From Vitrella brassicaformis CCMP3155 (taxonomy: Eukaryota > Protista > Chromerida), in the NCBI GenBank assembly GCA_001179505.1, contig CDMY01000536.1:1-56150 (forward strand): a stretch of 56,150 nucleotides of DNA, in the 5' to 3' direction. The notes below the pieces were generated by a model that worked only from the letters and a program-made list of their open reading frames with translations, did no database searches and was not told the DNA's origin. Shown here piece by piece: positions 34,701-47,947 of the stretch. The position numbers and the translations under genes are program-made. The first letter of the stretch is position 1. The number at the start of each line of letters is the position of its first letter.

Positions 34701-37700
34701 AGCTCGTCGCGGTACCGCAGCAGATGGCACGTGCTATTCTTCAACCAGTACGTGTCCTGAGCAGACAGACCAGAAGACCAACCAGCATAAATCAGATGCA
34801 CCTTCCCCCCTCCCTCCCTCCCCCCTCTCTGGCTGGCTGGCGGGCGTACCTCCCGTTCGTTTCTGGAAAGGAATCGCGGTATCTGCCTCAGGTCGTGGTA
34901 GCACGGCTCGTCCTGCCGGATGCGACGAGGCGTCTCGATCCGCTGATACTCCAACCCTGGCCACACGGGGGCCTCCCTCGCACCAGTGGCGCTGCTGCTG
35001 CCTGCCATCACGTTGGTCGACGGCAGGGATGTGACCCGCATGAGGGACTTGGTGAGCAGGCCACGGAGGACCAGCGGGGGGGTCGTGGCGCGCTCGGGAG
35101 TGGCGATATGGTGGTGATCCGCATAGCCACGCGGCCCACCCGGTTGTAGCCGCCTCAGTGACACGGCGAGGGAGTCCTCTTCGACGGCGGTTCCTCCGCT
35201 CTCGTACCGACTTTGTGTGCTGATGGCCATTGCTTTGGCGAAGTGGCGGCTCTCCTTGGCGGCATACCACAGGCCCGGCAGGACTTCCGGCACGACGCAG
35301 AGACGCACACCCTCGGGCAGATCGACAGACAGACTAGGATGGCGCAGGTCTTCTGCTTGTGGCTGGGCCGGTGGAGCGGTGCGGCGGCCGCGGCCCGTCT
35401 GGGGTGGTGTGGAGGGAGCCTTGAGGGGCACCACGGTGGCGGTGTGGAGTGGGAATGGCGCCACCACTTGCAGCAGGCTGGCAGAGGTGAGCACCATGGG
35501 GACATCGCGGGACGGGGGAGGCCGCTGACACACGTACACGGACACCTGAACGTTCAACACACATTACATACATTGGCAGGTGACATGACGTCGTCACTGC
35601 ATGGCATGGCATGGCTGCATGCGATCCGTGGTGGTCACACACAATTGTACACACCTGCTCGATGTCTGCGTCCAGCCGGAGGCCCGGGTCGTCGGCCACG
35701 AAGGACGTCGTGTGTGTCGCCTTGGCGAAGCACGTGCTGGCCGACAGCTGCACCAAAGGCGTCAAGTAGGGGTGAGCCGCGAACACGTAGCTGAAACTCT
35801 CGACGCTCCACTGCACCTTGATGACCAGGTGCGGCACCCGCCGCCTCGCCTTCCTGTTTGGCCTCCCCAGTCCGCCCCGCGACATACCGATGCCCAGCTT
35901 GGAATGGGCACCCACATGGTTCCACGCTCGCCGATGCGGTGGCTGGCGGCCCGACAACTGAACCCTCTCCCCGGACGAGGCAAAGCCGGCGGAGGGACGC
36001 AAGTCGGCCACCACTTCGGGATCGAGCAGGTGGTCCTCTGCGTAGGTTGCGGCCGACATCTCGCTCTCGCTGTAGGCGTCGTCCGACTCGTCAGTGTGGT
36101 CGGAATCCGTCACGGTGCCCACCGTGGCCGCACACGGCTCCGCCTCCCTTGTCGGCTGGCCGGGCGGCTCGCTGGTTGAGCCCCCTCGCGCAGTGAATCG
36201 TCTGACGGATGCCTCCATGTCTTGGACCACTTTGATGATCGGCACTAGGTCGGCGGCGGTCATGAGGAAGCGCAGGGGCGTGATGAAGCCCTGTGTCTTG
36301 AGCTGGATGACCTGCCGCCCCTTGAAGTGCTTGAGCCTGCTCTCGGCCGACACAGTGGCGTCCCAGGGGCTCTCCACCAGCGGCCGCATTGAGAAGTCAC
36401 ACAGAGGGAGACTGACGCACTCCACAGCGTGGCCCACGGCATCACCAACGTCAGCGTCGTCTTCATGGCCGCCGGGAGTGATGGACAGCAGCGAGTCCTG
36501 ACACTCCTTGGTCAGCGCCCGCCCCTCACACACATCCCTGGACGTCGACGCGAGCAGGCACTGGGCGAACCGCGGAAAGCAGAACACCGGCACTGCGGGT
36601 AAGCCGCCACCGTCAGGGGGTCTCGCCGTGAGACCACCGACATATGGCTGGCAGGCCGAGAGATCCATCCGTATCTTAGGGAGGTACTCGCACAGGAACC
36701 TGCGCATCTCCAGCTCCGCCTGTTGCCGTTTCTCGCTCCGTCCAGCCGCCTTCTTCGCCCCCGTGTGGTCGTCGCCCAGCCAGCTCAGCGCCCCGCTCCT
36801 CGTGCCGTCCTCGCCATGCATCTTGACGCTGAAGTCCTGACACCGAAACATCACCGCCTCGACCAGCACCTCCTGCACGACGTCACTCGCCGACCGGCGG
36901 AGGGTCTGTTTCCTCGGGCCCGAGGCACCCCACAGGACCAGGCTGCCGATGTCGAGCACGGCGGACACCACGGGGGGCCGCTTCTTCCCCTGTCCATCTG
37001 GGGGCTGCGACTGGCTCCACGCCCTGGGCGAGTCGGATCGGTCCAGGGACAGCGTCACATCCAAGGGGCTGACGCGCCGCTCCTGGGCCTTCTTGGGAAG
37101 GGCCGCCTGAGAGCCCACTCGCTCGGCGTACTTCTGTGCGTCGTCGCCCATCTCCATCTCGACCGTGACGAATGAGGGCGTGCGGTGCAGCGTGGACGCC
37201 CCGTCATACACCGATGCGCTGTCCCTCGACATTCGGACGTCCGTCGTCGACTGCCGTGGCCTTGCGGCCTGGTGTTCCTGGTCTCCGGTGACAGTGTCTT
37301 GGTGGTGGGGTCGGTCTGACGAGTATCTCCTCTTCGTGGCGGTGGCTGCGTCGTGCAACGACGCGAAGACGGCCTGGAAGTCGCTGACGAGCAGCATGAC
37401 CGGATGCATGTCTACGGGCAGGAGTGAGAGCTGCAGCTCGGGGCTGTGGCACTCGACGTGCGCCGCCATTCGGCCATGGCGGCCGGGATGGCTGATCTGG
37501 ATCGAGAGGGACGTCCCGTCATGCCGCTGCTGAAGCCCGGGCTGAACCACTGCGGCAGCATCGGATATCGCTCCCACGCCGGTCACAGGAGGGGCCTCCC
37601 ATTGAGACCTTTCCACGTTCAGCAGCGGCATCAACAGCCGGGCCTCTTCCCTCTCGTCGAGCCGCCTCGCTCCCACTGACAGGAGCTGGAATGCCGGCAC

Positions 37701-40700
37701 AGCGTCCTTCTGCCCCACGGCCTTGTTCGAGGAGGCCATGACGAATGTGTCCCCTCCCTCCACGTAGGCGTCGACCATCCCCTCCGTCGGCCGCGCCTTG
37801 ACCATCATCTGCAGCCGCTCCGCTGTTGTGGTCACCACTGCAGACACCGGGCACTGCAATGACGCACCAGCGGGCATACCGAAAGACCCGTGCGGCGGGG
37901 ACCCTCCGTGTCGACACCTGTCGATCCAGTCGTCACCGTGGATTTGCAGCACCGGCCGGTAGAGGGTCAGCTCCATGTCGAACAAGGCCGGGGCCTGCAG
38001 CGCTGTGAGGGCGAAGAGGTCCATCGAGGCGGCCGCCGCGTCCAGTGTCGAGGCAGACGACTCACCCGGTTGGCCGCCGGCCCTAAGGGCCTCGAAGAAG
38101 AGCAGCGACGTCTCGGCCATGAAGCCACCGAGGGAGCCGATCTCTTGTGCGGCGCGAGGCATCACGGATAGAAGTATCAGACCGGCAGATGCGTCGATGG
38201 GGGAGCATTGTGGAAGCCTCCCGAGGGTCGCTTTGACGAGTGTGGGTCGCCTTCTCACGCTCTGGGGTGTCACCTCGACGCTCATGCCCGATGTGCTCCA
38301 GCAGCTGACTGCATCGTCGGGAACGGAAGCGGGCGCCGCCTCGCCAGTGGTAAGATCGAGCGACAGAAGACCGGAGTCGAAGCTCACGCTGTCGCCCTCG
38401 CAGGACAGCTGACACCGGGAGAGCTTCAGCACCATGCCTTTCCTCACCGCCCTGCCGTTGTGTGTGGCGGTCGGATCGGTGCACGACATCCCAAGCGAGC
38501 AGTTCTCGATCGTCAGGGACACATCGGGGGGCTCCGTGGCCTGATGCGACGGCATCGCACTGCTGGCATCTCCGCTCTCATCCACGAGCTGCGCTGACGG
38601 TGAGGGTGCGCGGCCGCCCTTGACACGGGCGGATGCGTCGATAGGCGTCGCAGCAGTCTGCTGGCCTCTGTCGGCTTTGCTCTTGGCAATCATCTTCTCA
38701 ATGGGGGCCACTCCACACTGGCGGGCGGCGCGCAACATCCACCAGCCTGCATTCATGGCATGGCCCACAGTGGTGTGTGGTGGGTGCGACAAAGGAGGGA
38801 GGCTTGGCTTGCGTCGGACCGGACACACCCACCTGTTTTGAGGAAGAAGCCCCATGGGACATCGATTGCCCCGCCCTTGAATGCCACTTTCACCTCCTTG
38901 ACCAGCGGCCTCGACCCACGAGCGCTGACAGAGGAATGAAGCAAGATGCCCACTCAATCTTTCCATCGCGTCGTCCCATCCATCCATCAGCTCACCTCAT
39001 CTGCGTGACAGCAGAGATGCAGACAGGAAATCTCTCGGCAGGGGGCGGGATGAATCGCACCACCGTGGCACGGACAGACGAGCCGTCATCACCAGCACTC
39101 TCCAATACGGCCTCCTCAATGCCAAGCTCCAACGCATAAGAGGTCGGACGGGCGGTGCCGCCAGGGCTCGCTGCCTCTGGGCGGATCGACAGCTGCACAT
39201 TGTCGAACGTCGTTGTGCACAGGACGGCCTCAGGTGAGTCACTCTCCTCGCCCTGGTCGGTGTCAACTGCCGGCCAATCGTCCCTCACTCCTCCCCTACA
39301 CTCGTCCGGTGCCGTCCGCGGTTTGACTATGGGCGGCTGCCGAGATGACACCACCCTTGTCTCAAGACGATGCAGCACCATCTCTGCCAACTCCAGCCTA
39401 GTGCCATCTCGATCGCTTGCACCCACAGCTCGCGACTCCCTCCGCTGCTGCGGAAGTGCAATCGTATCCACCCAGGAGGCGAGCCAGCGCAGAGTCCTTA
39501 TCGACGCATCATGGACCTCCAGCACAGCCCCGCCCAGCCGCACTGCCACACGGACAAGATGTACCATCGTGACGGGGGGCAGACGCTCCTCGTCTCCACG
39601 CCTGCTCCCGCCCGTCGAAAAGGGGGAGACCACCAGGGCAGATGGGGACCTCCTGGCCACCATCGATGGGGGGCTCTCGACGGCTGCCGAAGCGGGCAGC
39701 GCCCAGTTGGGGCTGTGGCTGTCCTGTGCTGCCTCGGAGGTCACGGGCGAGAAGCAGCAGGCGATGTGGAGAGAGAGCCGGTCAGCCCTGTCGGCTGCAG
39801 GCTTCGGGTCTTGCAACCACGGGGGCGCGGCCGCCTTGTTGGCGAGCCACCTGGACTGGACCAGCACCCGCACCACCGGCATGAAACTGGAGAAGACCGC
39901 ATCGTCGGATTCGGGAGACACCAGCAGGCCATTACCGACGGCATCCACCGATCTGAGAGACACCGAGACGCTTTCGGGGATGCTGCGGGTCTTCTGCGTG
40001 ACGGGCACCGGCGGCCCCCTGCCGAAGCTGGAGAAGAGCGGCATCACTAGACCGCCCTGGTCGCGGCAATCGCCCGCATCAGACTCCCGCGTCGCAGGCC
40101 GTCGGTCGCGCACCACGATCCGCTGGCGAGCAGTGGGGGACAACTGGGGGGACCTCGGGAGGCTGCTTGTCACATGGCCGTGCTCGCAGAGAGTAAAAGT
40201 GCAGACGTCGACAGCGAAAGATGAGGGCTCATCGTGTGTGTGGTGGCCAGATCTGTAGGTGATGGCGATGTCTTCTACAGAGGCTGACAGCTGGAAAGGA
40301 TCCTCCTCCCCAGCAGCCGTGAGCAGAGCGAACACCTGCCGGAGGCGGAATTGCTGCTGCAGCGCCACTTTGAGTGGGAAGCCTCTGGTCACCATGACCA
40401 TGGCTCTGCTTGCCCTGCTGCCCGGCGTCATGACCTTGGTGACGACTGGCTCCACGGCGTCGTAGAAGACGTCCTCCGTCGCCTCAGGACTGGCGTCACC
40501 AGCACACTCTCCCGTGTCGGCAGCAGCCGCATCATCCGCTTCCACGAAGAAACTGGGGGCCAGTGGCTGGGCAAGGGGCGACTCGCTGTCAGTCGACATG
40601 AGCGCCGCCACCTTGTGTGCCACGGCAGAGAGGTCTGCTACGGTCGCCGTGGTGACCCCCACTGCCAGGGGGCTCACACACCACTGCGCACTACCCCTCA

Positions 40701-43700
40701 GCAGGCCATCGTCCCGCTGCACACACAAAGACAGACAAATGAGAAGAGACACCAGGTGCAGGCAAAACAAAATCGACACGCTGGTCTGGTCTTGTCTATC
40801 CAATATATTGGACCTACCTGTGTCGGACCGCCCTGAATGTCGACCACTCCTAAGATGCGAAGCGGCTCGACAACAGTGAATCGACGAAGCGTCTGGACCG
40901 ACGGCACCTGCACCCCCTCCTCCACCATGTGCACTCTCGTCCCGGCTGCTTCCCGCAGCCCCTTGTGAGGCAGATACACCACCACGCTCACACCATGCAC
41001 CTCAGGCCGCACCTCAACCAGCCTCTCGTCCGCAAAAGAATCATCGCGCCGACGAGCCGTGCCCACAGCGATCCTCTCGTACGTGACTTCAGCGCAGGCA
41101 AGGACAGCATCTTGGGGGTGGTCGACGCCGCGCAGGAACGTCTTGGCAGAGGCGCCCAGGGAGACGACGTCCACATCGATCGATGACGCCCATGACGGGT
41201 CGACCTGACTGCCTCGCGTGACGGCCTTGCCTCGACCTAATGGCTTCCCGTTCAGCAGGCCAGTGATGGCGGCAAACTCCGCAAAGGCTCTCCTGGCTGC
41301 GGGAAGCTCCAGGCCGACCTCGAATGGCTGTATCCTTGCGAACACGTGTGCCGAAGGGCCCTTGGGTGAGGGGGGCGGTGCGGGCGGTTGTGCCGGCTGC
41401 CGACCATCGTGGTCAAGCGCAGCAGCTGCCTCATCTGCCTCGCCGCTCCCGCCTCCCGCTGGTGGTGCAGGCTGACGTCGATGGAAGACCAGGCAGAAGA
41501 AGTGCGACACCGCCTCTTGCTCAAGCACATCCCTCCCAGGCGCCTCCTCCAGCTCAGCCACAAGTCGGTCCTCAATCGAGGGCTTCGCGTCGCTCTCAGC
41601 CTCGAAGAACTCGCTGTCCTCAGCCGCATCGTCGTGCGGCGCATTGGAGGCCGACGAGGGTGCGACGAGCGATCGCGGGGTCTCCTCGCCGCCAGCCAGG
41701 AGGGCGTCCACCTCGGTCAGCGTGCCGGCCGACCTCTCGCTGAAGCTCCGGCGCTTCATGCTGCCGGTGGTGCGTGAGCGGTCCTTGTCGCCCTCGAGCC
41801 GCTTGAGGAACTCCAGGCCACTCTGCCGCTGAACTGACTGCGTCCGAGGCTCACGCTGAGACGCCGAATTGACCTCACTGCTGTCCTCCCGTGCGCTCAC
41901 ACTCCCGCTCTGCCCGTCAGAGGGAACCTGGCCTGCCGCAGCACTCGCAACCTCGCTGCTGGCATAACTGACCGCATCCTCCCGCTCCATAGGGCCGCTA
42001 ACATCGCCGTCACGCCGCCTGAAGTCTCTTTGATAGCCAGCCCACAGCCTGGTCGGCCTCCCTTTGACGGCGTCGTAGGCAGCGAATGACGCGCTCTTGA
42101 CCACAAAGGCTGAGACACCATAGCGGTGCACTGCCACGCTGTCCGGACGCCCTGCCGTTTCATCAGCCGAGGGAGCGTTCTCGTTGCTGCCTTCGTCTGC
42201 GTGTGGCGTCCCTCCCTCTGCTTGGGTCCTCTCGAGCGTTGCCGCCTGCTGCAGCTGCAGAAAGACGCTGAAGGTAGACAGCGACGCAACTGTCATGGCG
42301 TGCTGGTCTGGCTGCTCGGCTGATGACTGCAGCTGTCTCTTGAGCCGCCCCGTGACAGTCCCCACCCGCAGGCGGAGGCTAATGGCCGTGATGATTGGAG
42401 GGGCGCTGCCGTGAGACTGGAGCCGACGGTCTTCAGAGAAAGATGACCCACGGCTATCCAGCTGCACCACCGGAGCTGAAGGGTCCCCACGGGCGTCTCG
42501 CGGTGGGCCACCAGGGTGTCGGGGCGGCTTCGGCGCACGTACAGGGGGCTCCGTTGCAGCGGGAGAGGGAACTGACGGTGAGTCCTGCAGGCAAGCAGGC
42601 AGGCAGGCAGGCAGACACACAGGGTCAGCCCAGCCAGCCCCATTGTCTAGCTAGCTAAGAAACCGTGTCGTGTGGCATCTATCGTGCTTACCGGTTTGGT
42701 GACACTTTCTCGCCCTCCATCTCTCTGCTCGACAGCAGCGGCATCCCCAGGTCGGTGTGCAGGGGTGTCCCATACGGGCGGGGGGAGGGAGTAGGGCGAG
42801 GGCGGCCCCGAGTGGTGGTCAGATAGATGCACACCACGGCCAGTGGACATATCCACGCCGCCCACCGCCCCCTGCTCTCTCTGCGGACTCTGCATGGCGT
42901 CGAGCAGCGCCGCCAGGGCGCTCAACTGGTTGATGCTCATCTGCCACTGCACTTGCTGCACGTCCATCGCACAGTCGAGACAATAGGACGCCCTGGATGG
43001 CGGCTGCGATGCATCACACGCCGGATCAGCTGCAGACGACCCACCCTCCGTCTTCGACCCCACCTTCTCTGGCCGGTGGGCGAGGTCGACAAAAGCCGAG
43101 GCATCCAGAGGCACAAGAATGTACCGATTGCGTGGAGCCCTGTCGGCGACGAGGCCGATCCTGGACCGCATGAGCCGTTGATAGCGCCTGGAGGACGGCA
43201 GCAGGTCGGTGGTGCTGATAAGGTCACACGCACCGGGGTTGACATACACAGAGAGGTCGCTCAGACGAGTGATCTTCTGCAAGCCCCTTCTTCTCTTGGC
43301 GGCGCCAGCAGCTGGTGCGGCCACCGCGGACAGGGTGAGCTGAGAGAAGCTGGCGCCAGCTCTGACGGGGCGACTGGGTGAGGTCACGCTGTCCTCCAGG
43401 ACCACATGCACCGACGACACCGACACGTGCAGCAGCCGCAGCAGACCCAGCCAGATGCGCGGAAACACATCGCTGAACGGATTCTCGGTGGCAAACACAC
43501 TGTCACCACCACGGGCAGCACCCTCCCTGGCCGGTGGCTGCAGCATGGAGCTGCTGCCGTCATCGCCTGCAGCCTCGCGTGTGGGGTCTTGCCGGACCAA
43601 GACGAGGAAGACGCTGTCGACCTTGAGGGTCAGATTTGCTGTGCGCCAGAGCAGGTTCCAGGGGATGGACACCTCCAGCCGGCCGACATAGCCCGAGTCG

Positions 43701-43999
43701 AGCCGCAGAGCTGCCGACTGACCGATGGGCTGGCGCTTGACGGTCAGGTTTTCCAGCACGATTGGCTCATGCCAGCCATCCCATGTGACGCGCAGGTTGT
43801 CGAGATCGGCGATGAAGGCGCGAAGGACCCTCGATAGCATGTACCTGACAGACAAGACACCACATGATATGATATGGACACACAAAAGTAAGTGCTGCAG
43901 GCTGGCTGCAGCACTGCATGTAGCGGGCAGAATCCGTCCTTTGATGACATCCTACTGACTGTACGCCGGTGAGCACCTGAGTAAGGAACGCAGCACCAT
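28706..43999 (-). CDS. VPS13: VPS13-like bridge-type lipid transfer protein, several thousand aa, multi-exon
   Basis: Chorein-N pattern MVLRSLLR|YMLSRVL..LENLTVK..GYVGRLEVSIPW..LKVDSVFLVL. VAB/SHR-BD-like repeats (YWLKNST, VRVQSNLTYPIEI, FWLLNYTPLHLEY, KHVLLNRCPFLLEF). VPS13_C-like SIDVMGTP. Long ORFs are linked by GT-AG introns. Confidence 0.82.
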
Positions 44000-44203
44000 G
44001 GTCCTGTTTGTTCTTCCACAATCAATCAATGATCTCGATACACAACAGAAGCTACCCCATAGGTGCGCTGCATGACCACGACGATTGCTGCTGAAAGGGA
44101 AGAAAGTCTTGAAGCTAAGCTCGCAAATGGATCGCCCTCAGCCGCAAGCGGCAAAGCTGTTCCCATTCCGCCAAAGAGAAGGGTGCAAGGAGGAAGTTTC
44201 AAG

Positions 44204-46501
44204 ATGCGATGGATAACGAGGCCGCTGCTGCCACTCATCGTGTGCTCAGCAGTTGTGTTGGCAGTCAGGCACTCATCCAGATCTGACTCGCACCTGGCAC
44301 CCGAGGCAGATGACGCATCGCAGGCAAGCTTACTGAGCACGGACCGCTCGCAATCATTGATTTTGCGTTTGCCTGCGGATGGGATGAGTCCTCTGCAGTT
44401 TCAAGGCATGGGCGGCCTCTTTGACCACACGGATGCAGGTGGGGTGGGAGGAAGCTGTGGTGGATCCGATCCCTGCTTGTCCTTCTCTCCACATGTATGT
44501 GGATTGGTGTGGGCTGTGCTGCAGGGACGAGAGAGGGAGTGGGTCTGTGGGGCGCGTCGTCGCTCTGGCAGATCTTCCATCTCGCCGACGGCAACAGCAG
44601 CAGCAGCAACGGGACAGCACCGGTGGACACGGCTGCCAACGCCACTCGGAAGGAGGCGGAGAGGCCGCCCTCTGAGTATGAGATGGAGAACATACTCGTG
44701 GTCAGTTCTCCAGACAGACAGAGAGACAGACAGACAGACACACACGACCCGGTGGTTGGTATGTCTGTGTGTGTGTGTGTGTGTTTGTTGTCAGATAGCG
44801 AAGAAGGCCGCAATCCTCGGCGGCAATACGTACGTCCGGCATACATGCACATAAGACAGACAGACAGACAGGGCTGGCTGTCTGGCATCTCCCTCCTCCT
44901 TGTTTTGTCAGGTTGACCAAGGCCCAGCGGGACCATGCCAATGTGGAGTACCACCAGAAGACCAAGTAAGTGAACGCGCAAACCGAAGCGGATGACTGAC
45001 TCACCGACCCAGTGACCGTTCCATCACTCTTGGTCTTGGTGCGTGTGCGTGGGTGTTCTGCAGTCCTCAGGATTTGGTCAGCGAGGTGGATCGGCTGGTG
45101 CAGAGGAAGATCAGAGGACTCATCAAACGCAAGTAGGTGAGGGAGGGAGCGAGGGAGGGAGGGAGTGGCCTACCTGCATGATGGAATGCACACGCACAGA
45201 GAGGGATGGCGTGTGTGCTGTGTGTGTGAATGCAGTTTCCCCAAGCACGCCTTCCTGGGTGAGGAGGAGGACTTCTCTGCCGCCGAGGGCAGCAGGGGTG
45301 CCCTCGATCGAAGGGTGGGTATCCAAAGTACCGACACACACGAACCACCCCACATGACCGAACATCCTCTGCCTGCCTGGCTGCCTGGCTGGCTGCAGCT
45401 GCACGAGCGGCTGTTGTGGGTCGTCGACCCTGTGGACGGGACGGTGCGCGATGATGCAGCGAACATCTGATCTGATTGGTAGTGTGCCGCCGTCGTCTCT
45501 GTCTGGCACTTGATTCATTGCAGGTCAACTTCCTGCACGGCTTCCCCTACAGCGTGGTCTCAATCGCTGTCATTCACAAGTGAGTAAGACTCGCCCACCG
45601 GACCGGACCCACACACACAGACACACGCAACGCTCACTGCAGTCAGTCCCATGGCTTACTTCGCGATGTATGTCGTGTGTTGTGTGTCTGGTGTGGTGTG
45701 GTGTCAGGGAGGAGCCGATAGTGGGTGTGATATACGACCCTTCTCGGATGGAGCTCTTCTGGGCGGTGAAAGGCAAGGGCACGTACATCAACAACAGGAA
45801 GCAGCTGACTGTGAGTGCGAAGAGCAACTTCACCGAGAGCCTCCTGGCCTGCGGGCTGGGCACCACACCGCACCAGAGGGAACCCACTCTCAGGGCAATG
45901 ATCGGCGTCGCTGGCGAAGCCCAGAGGTGCGGAAGCAACCCGTGAAGCAAGGCAGCGTGTCAAGCCCAGAGATGAGTGGGTCGTTCTGTGGCCGTCATCT
46001 CTCTGTGGTGTCTTGTGTTGTGGTGTGTTGTGTTGTGTTGTGTTGTGTTTCTGTCAGTGTGCGTTGCATGGGCAGTGCGTCTCTGTCTCTGGCCTGGGTG
46101 GCGGCGGGGCGGCTCGACGGCTACTGGGAGCTCGACATGGACGTCTGGGACTCGGCCGCCGGCAGCCTCATGGTCACACACACACACTGAACATCAACTC
46201 AACGACACACACACTGTTGGTTGATGCCTGTGTTGTGTGCACGTCTGCAGGTGACTGAGGCGCAGGGGACAGTCACCGACACCAAGGGGAAGCCATACGC
46301 TCTGAGATCAAGGTGATCGAATGGGCGGCGAGCGAAAGACAGCAACACACCACCCCACCTCTCCCCTTTGTGTCTTCTTATTGTACCTGTCTGTGTGGTG
46401 TCAGGAACGTGGCTGCGACGACGGGCGGTGTGATCCACGACAGGCTGCTGCACCTGCTGCAGGAGACGGTGGCCACCGAGCCCGCCTTCGATGTCACATG
46501 A
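44204..46501 (+). CDS. Inositol monophosphatase (IMPase/SuhB family) with a signal-peptide-like N-terminal extension
   Basis: DLVSEVD, FLGEE, WVVDPVDGT|VNFLHG, VGVIYDP, GSASLSLAWVAAGRLDGYWE, WDSAAG; N-terminus MRWITRPLLPLIVCSAVVLAV. Confidence 0.92.
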
Positions 46502-46923
46502 GCTGGACAGGCAGTGCATGTGTGTACGGACGGATCAGCAATGGGCAAGCTGTGTGCATCTGTGCTACGAAATAGCCAGAGGGAGAGATAAAGGGACAGA
46601 CGAGAACAGACGGGCAGGTTATGGTGTACAGTGGTGGGGTGGGTGGGCTGGGCGAGTATCTATGGAGTGAGTCGGTGCTAGAGCTTAGTGTCCGTAGTAG
46701 CTGTCGGTTTAATTGTGGTGTGTCTGTCTGTCGTCAGAGAGGCGAGGGAGACGCTACTGTGATTGTGACTGTGTGTGTGTGTGTGTGTATGGGTCAGGAT
46801 CATGTGACCAGACGAAGGGAGCCCACGAAATTGAACAGTGGAAGAGTTCGATGCAGGGCATGCACACGGACAAACGACGTCTCCCTGCAGGCAGCCGGGC
46901 AGCCAGGCAGGGAGTCATCTCAG

Positions 46924-46996
46924 TCAGCACTTGAACACGAGGATAGCCAGGTTCCCCTGGTAGAAGCAGTACATCAGAGAACCATCCTACACACAT

Positions 46997-47027
<31 letters not shown>

Positions 47028-47543
47028 TCGAGAGATCGATGTCGGCCAGCACCAATCAATCAGATGCCTATGCTATCCCCCCCCCCCGCACCTGTGCGGT
47101 GATGTCAAAGCTGAAGCCCTCCCCCAAGACGCAGTGCCATTGTGCGCCGTACTGCTTGTCCAATGTGTCCTTTATCAACCGGGACGCATTCTGTGGCACA
47201 CAGGGAGGGAGGGAGGGAAGACAATCTCACAGATACATGTAGACACCATGCAACCCAGCCATCCACCCTTCCTTCCCTTTGTTTCTGCCTCAGGGCGCAC
47301 CTCACCTCCAGGTTGACGCCTGAGGCCCCGGCGTGTTTATCGATGCCCCCAATGACCACATCCACAACCTCGGTCTGCAGCTCTGAGTTCATGTCCGTGT
47401 GCTGATGACGTCGACAGACAGACAGAGAGCCGGTGACTGACGGAGAGGGAGACCCATGTATGCTGCGTGTTGAGCCCATTTACCTTGATCACGGCTCTCT
47501 GCATTTGCTTCTTGAGCTCATTGGGGATGGGCCGCACCGCCAT
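46924..47543 (-). CDS. DNAL4: Dynein axonemal light chain 4 (LC8 family), 4 exons
   Basis: MAVRPIPNELKKQMQRAVIK|HTDMNSELQ...|NASRLIKDTLDKQYGAQWHCVLGEGFSFDITAQ|DGSLMYCFYQGNLAILVFKC-TGA. Confidence 0.9.
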
Positions 47544-47947
47544 GCTGCTCCTGAGCTCAGCCCTCCTGGTGGAGGTTTTCTCTTGCAGTGCAGTGCAGAG
47601 AGGGAAACAAACCACCGAAATGGACGAAAATGACGCCAGGCGACGAGCCAAAGCCCCTTTTTTCCCACTTCGCTCTATTTCTTTTCCCACGCTCCGATCG
47701 AGCTGAGGCTCGCACTGGCACGAACGAGGGGCGAAAGAGGCAGGAGGCATAGCGTGTTGTCGAATCGGGTTGGCATTGCCCATCATCCATCCTCATCAGT
47801 CGTCCCGTGGTCATCGGCAAGCAGGACTGAACGCTTCACCAGTGTGTGTAATAGGGCGGCGTCGGGCCCTCCTCGTGCCGTTCTTGCTTCAGCCCATCCC
47901 CACCAGTCGCTCTCGCCCCTCTCTGTTCACCACGCGTCGCGCCGGCC

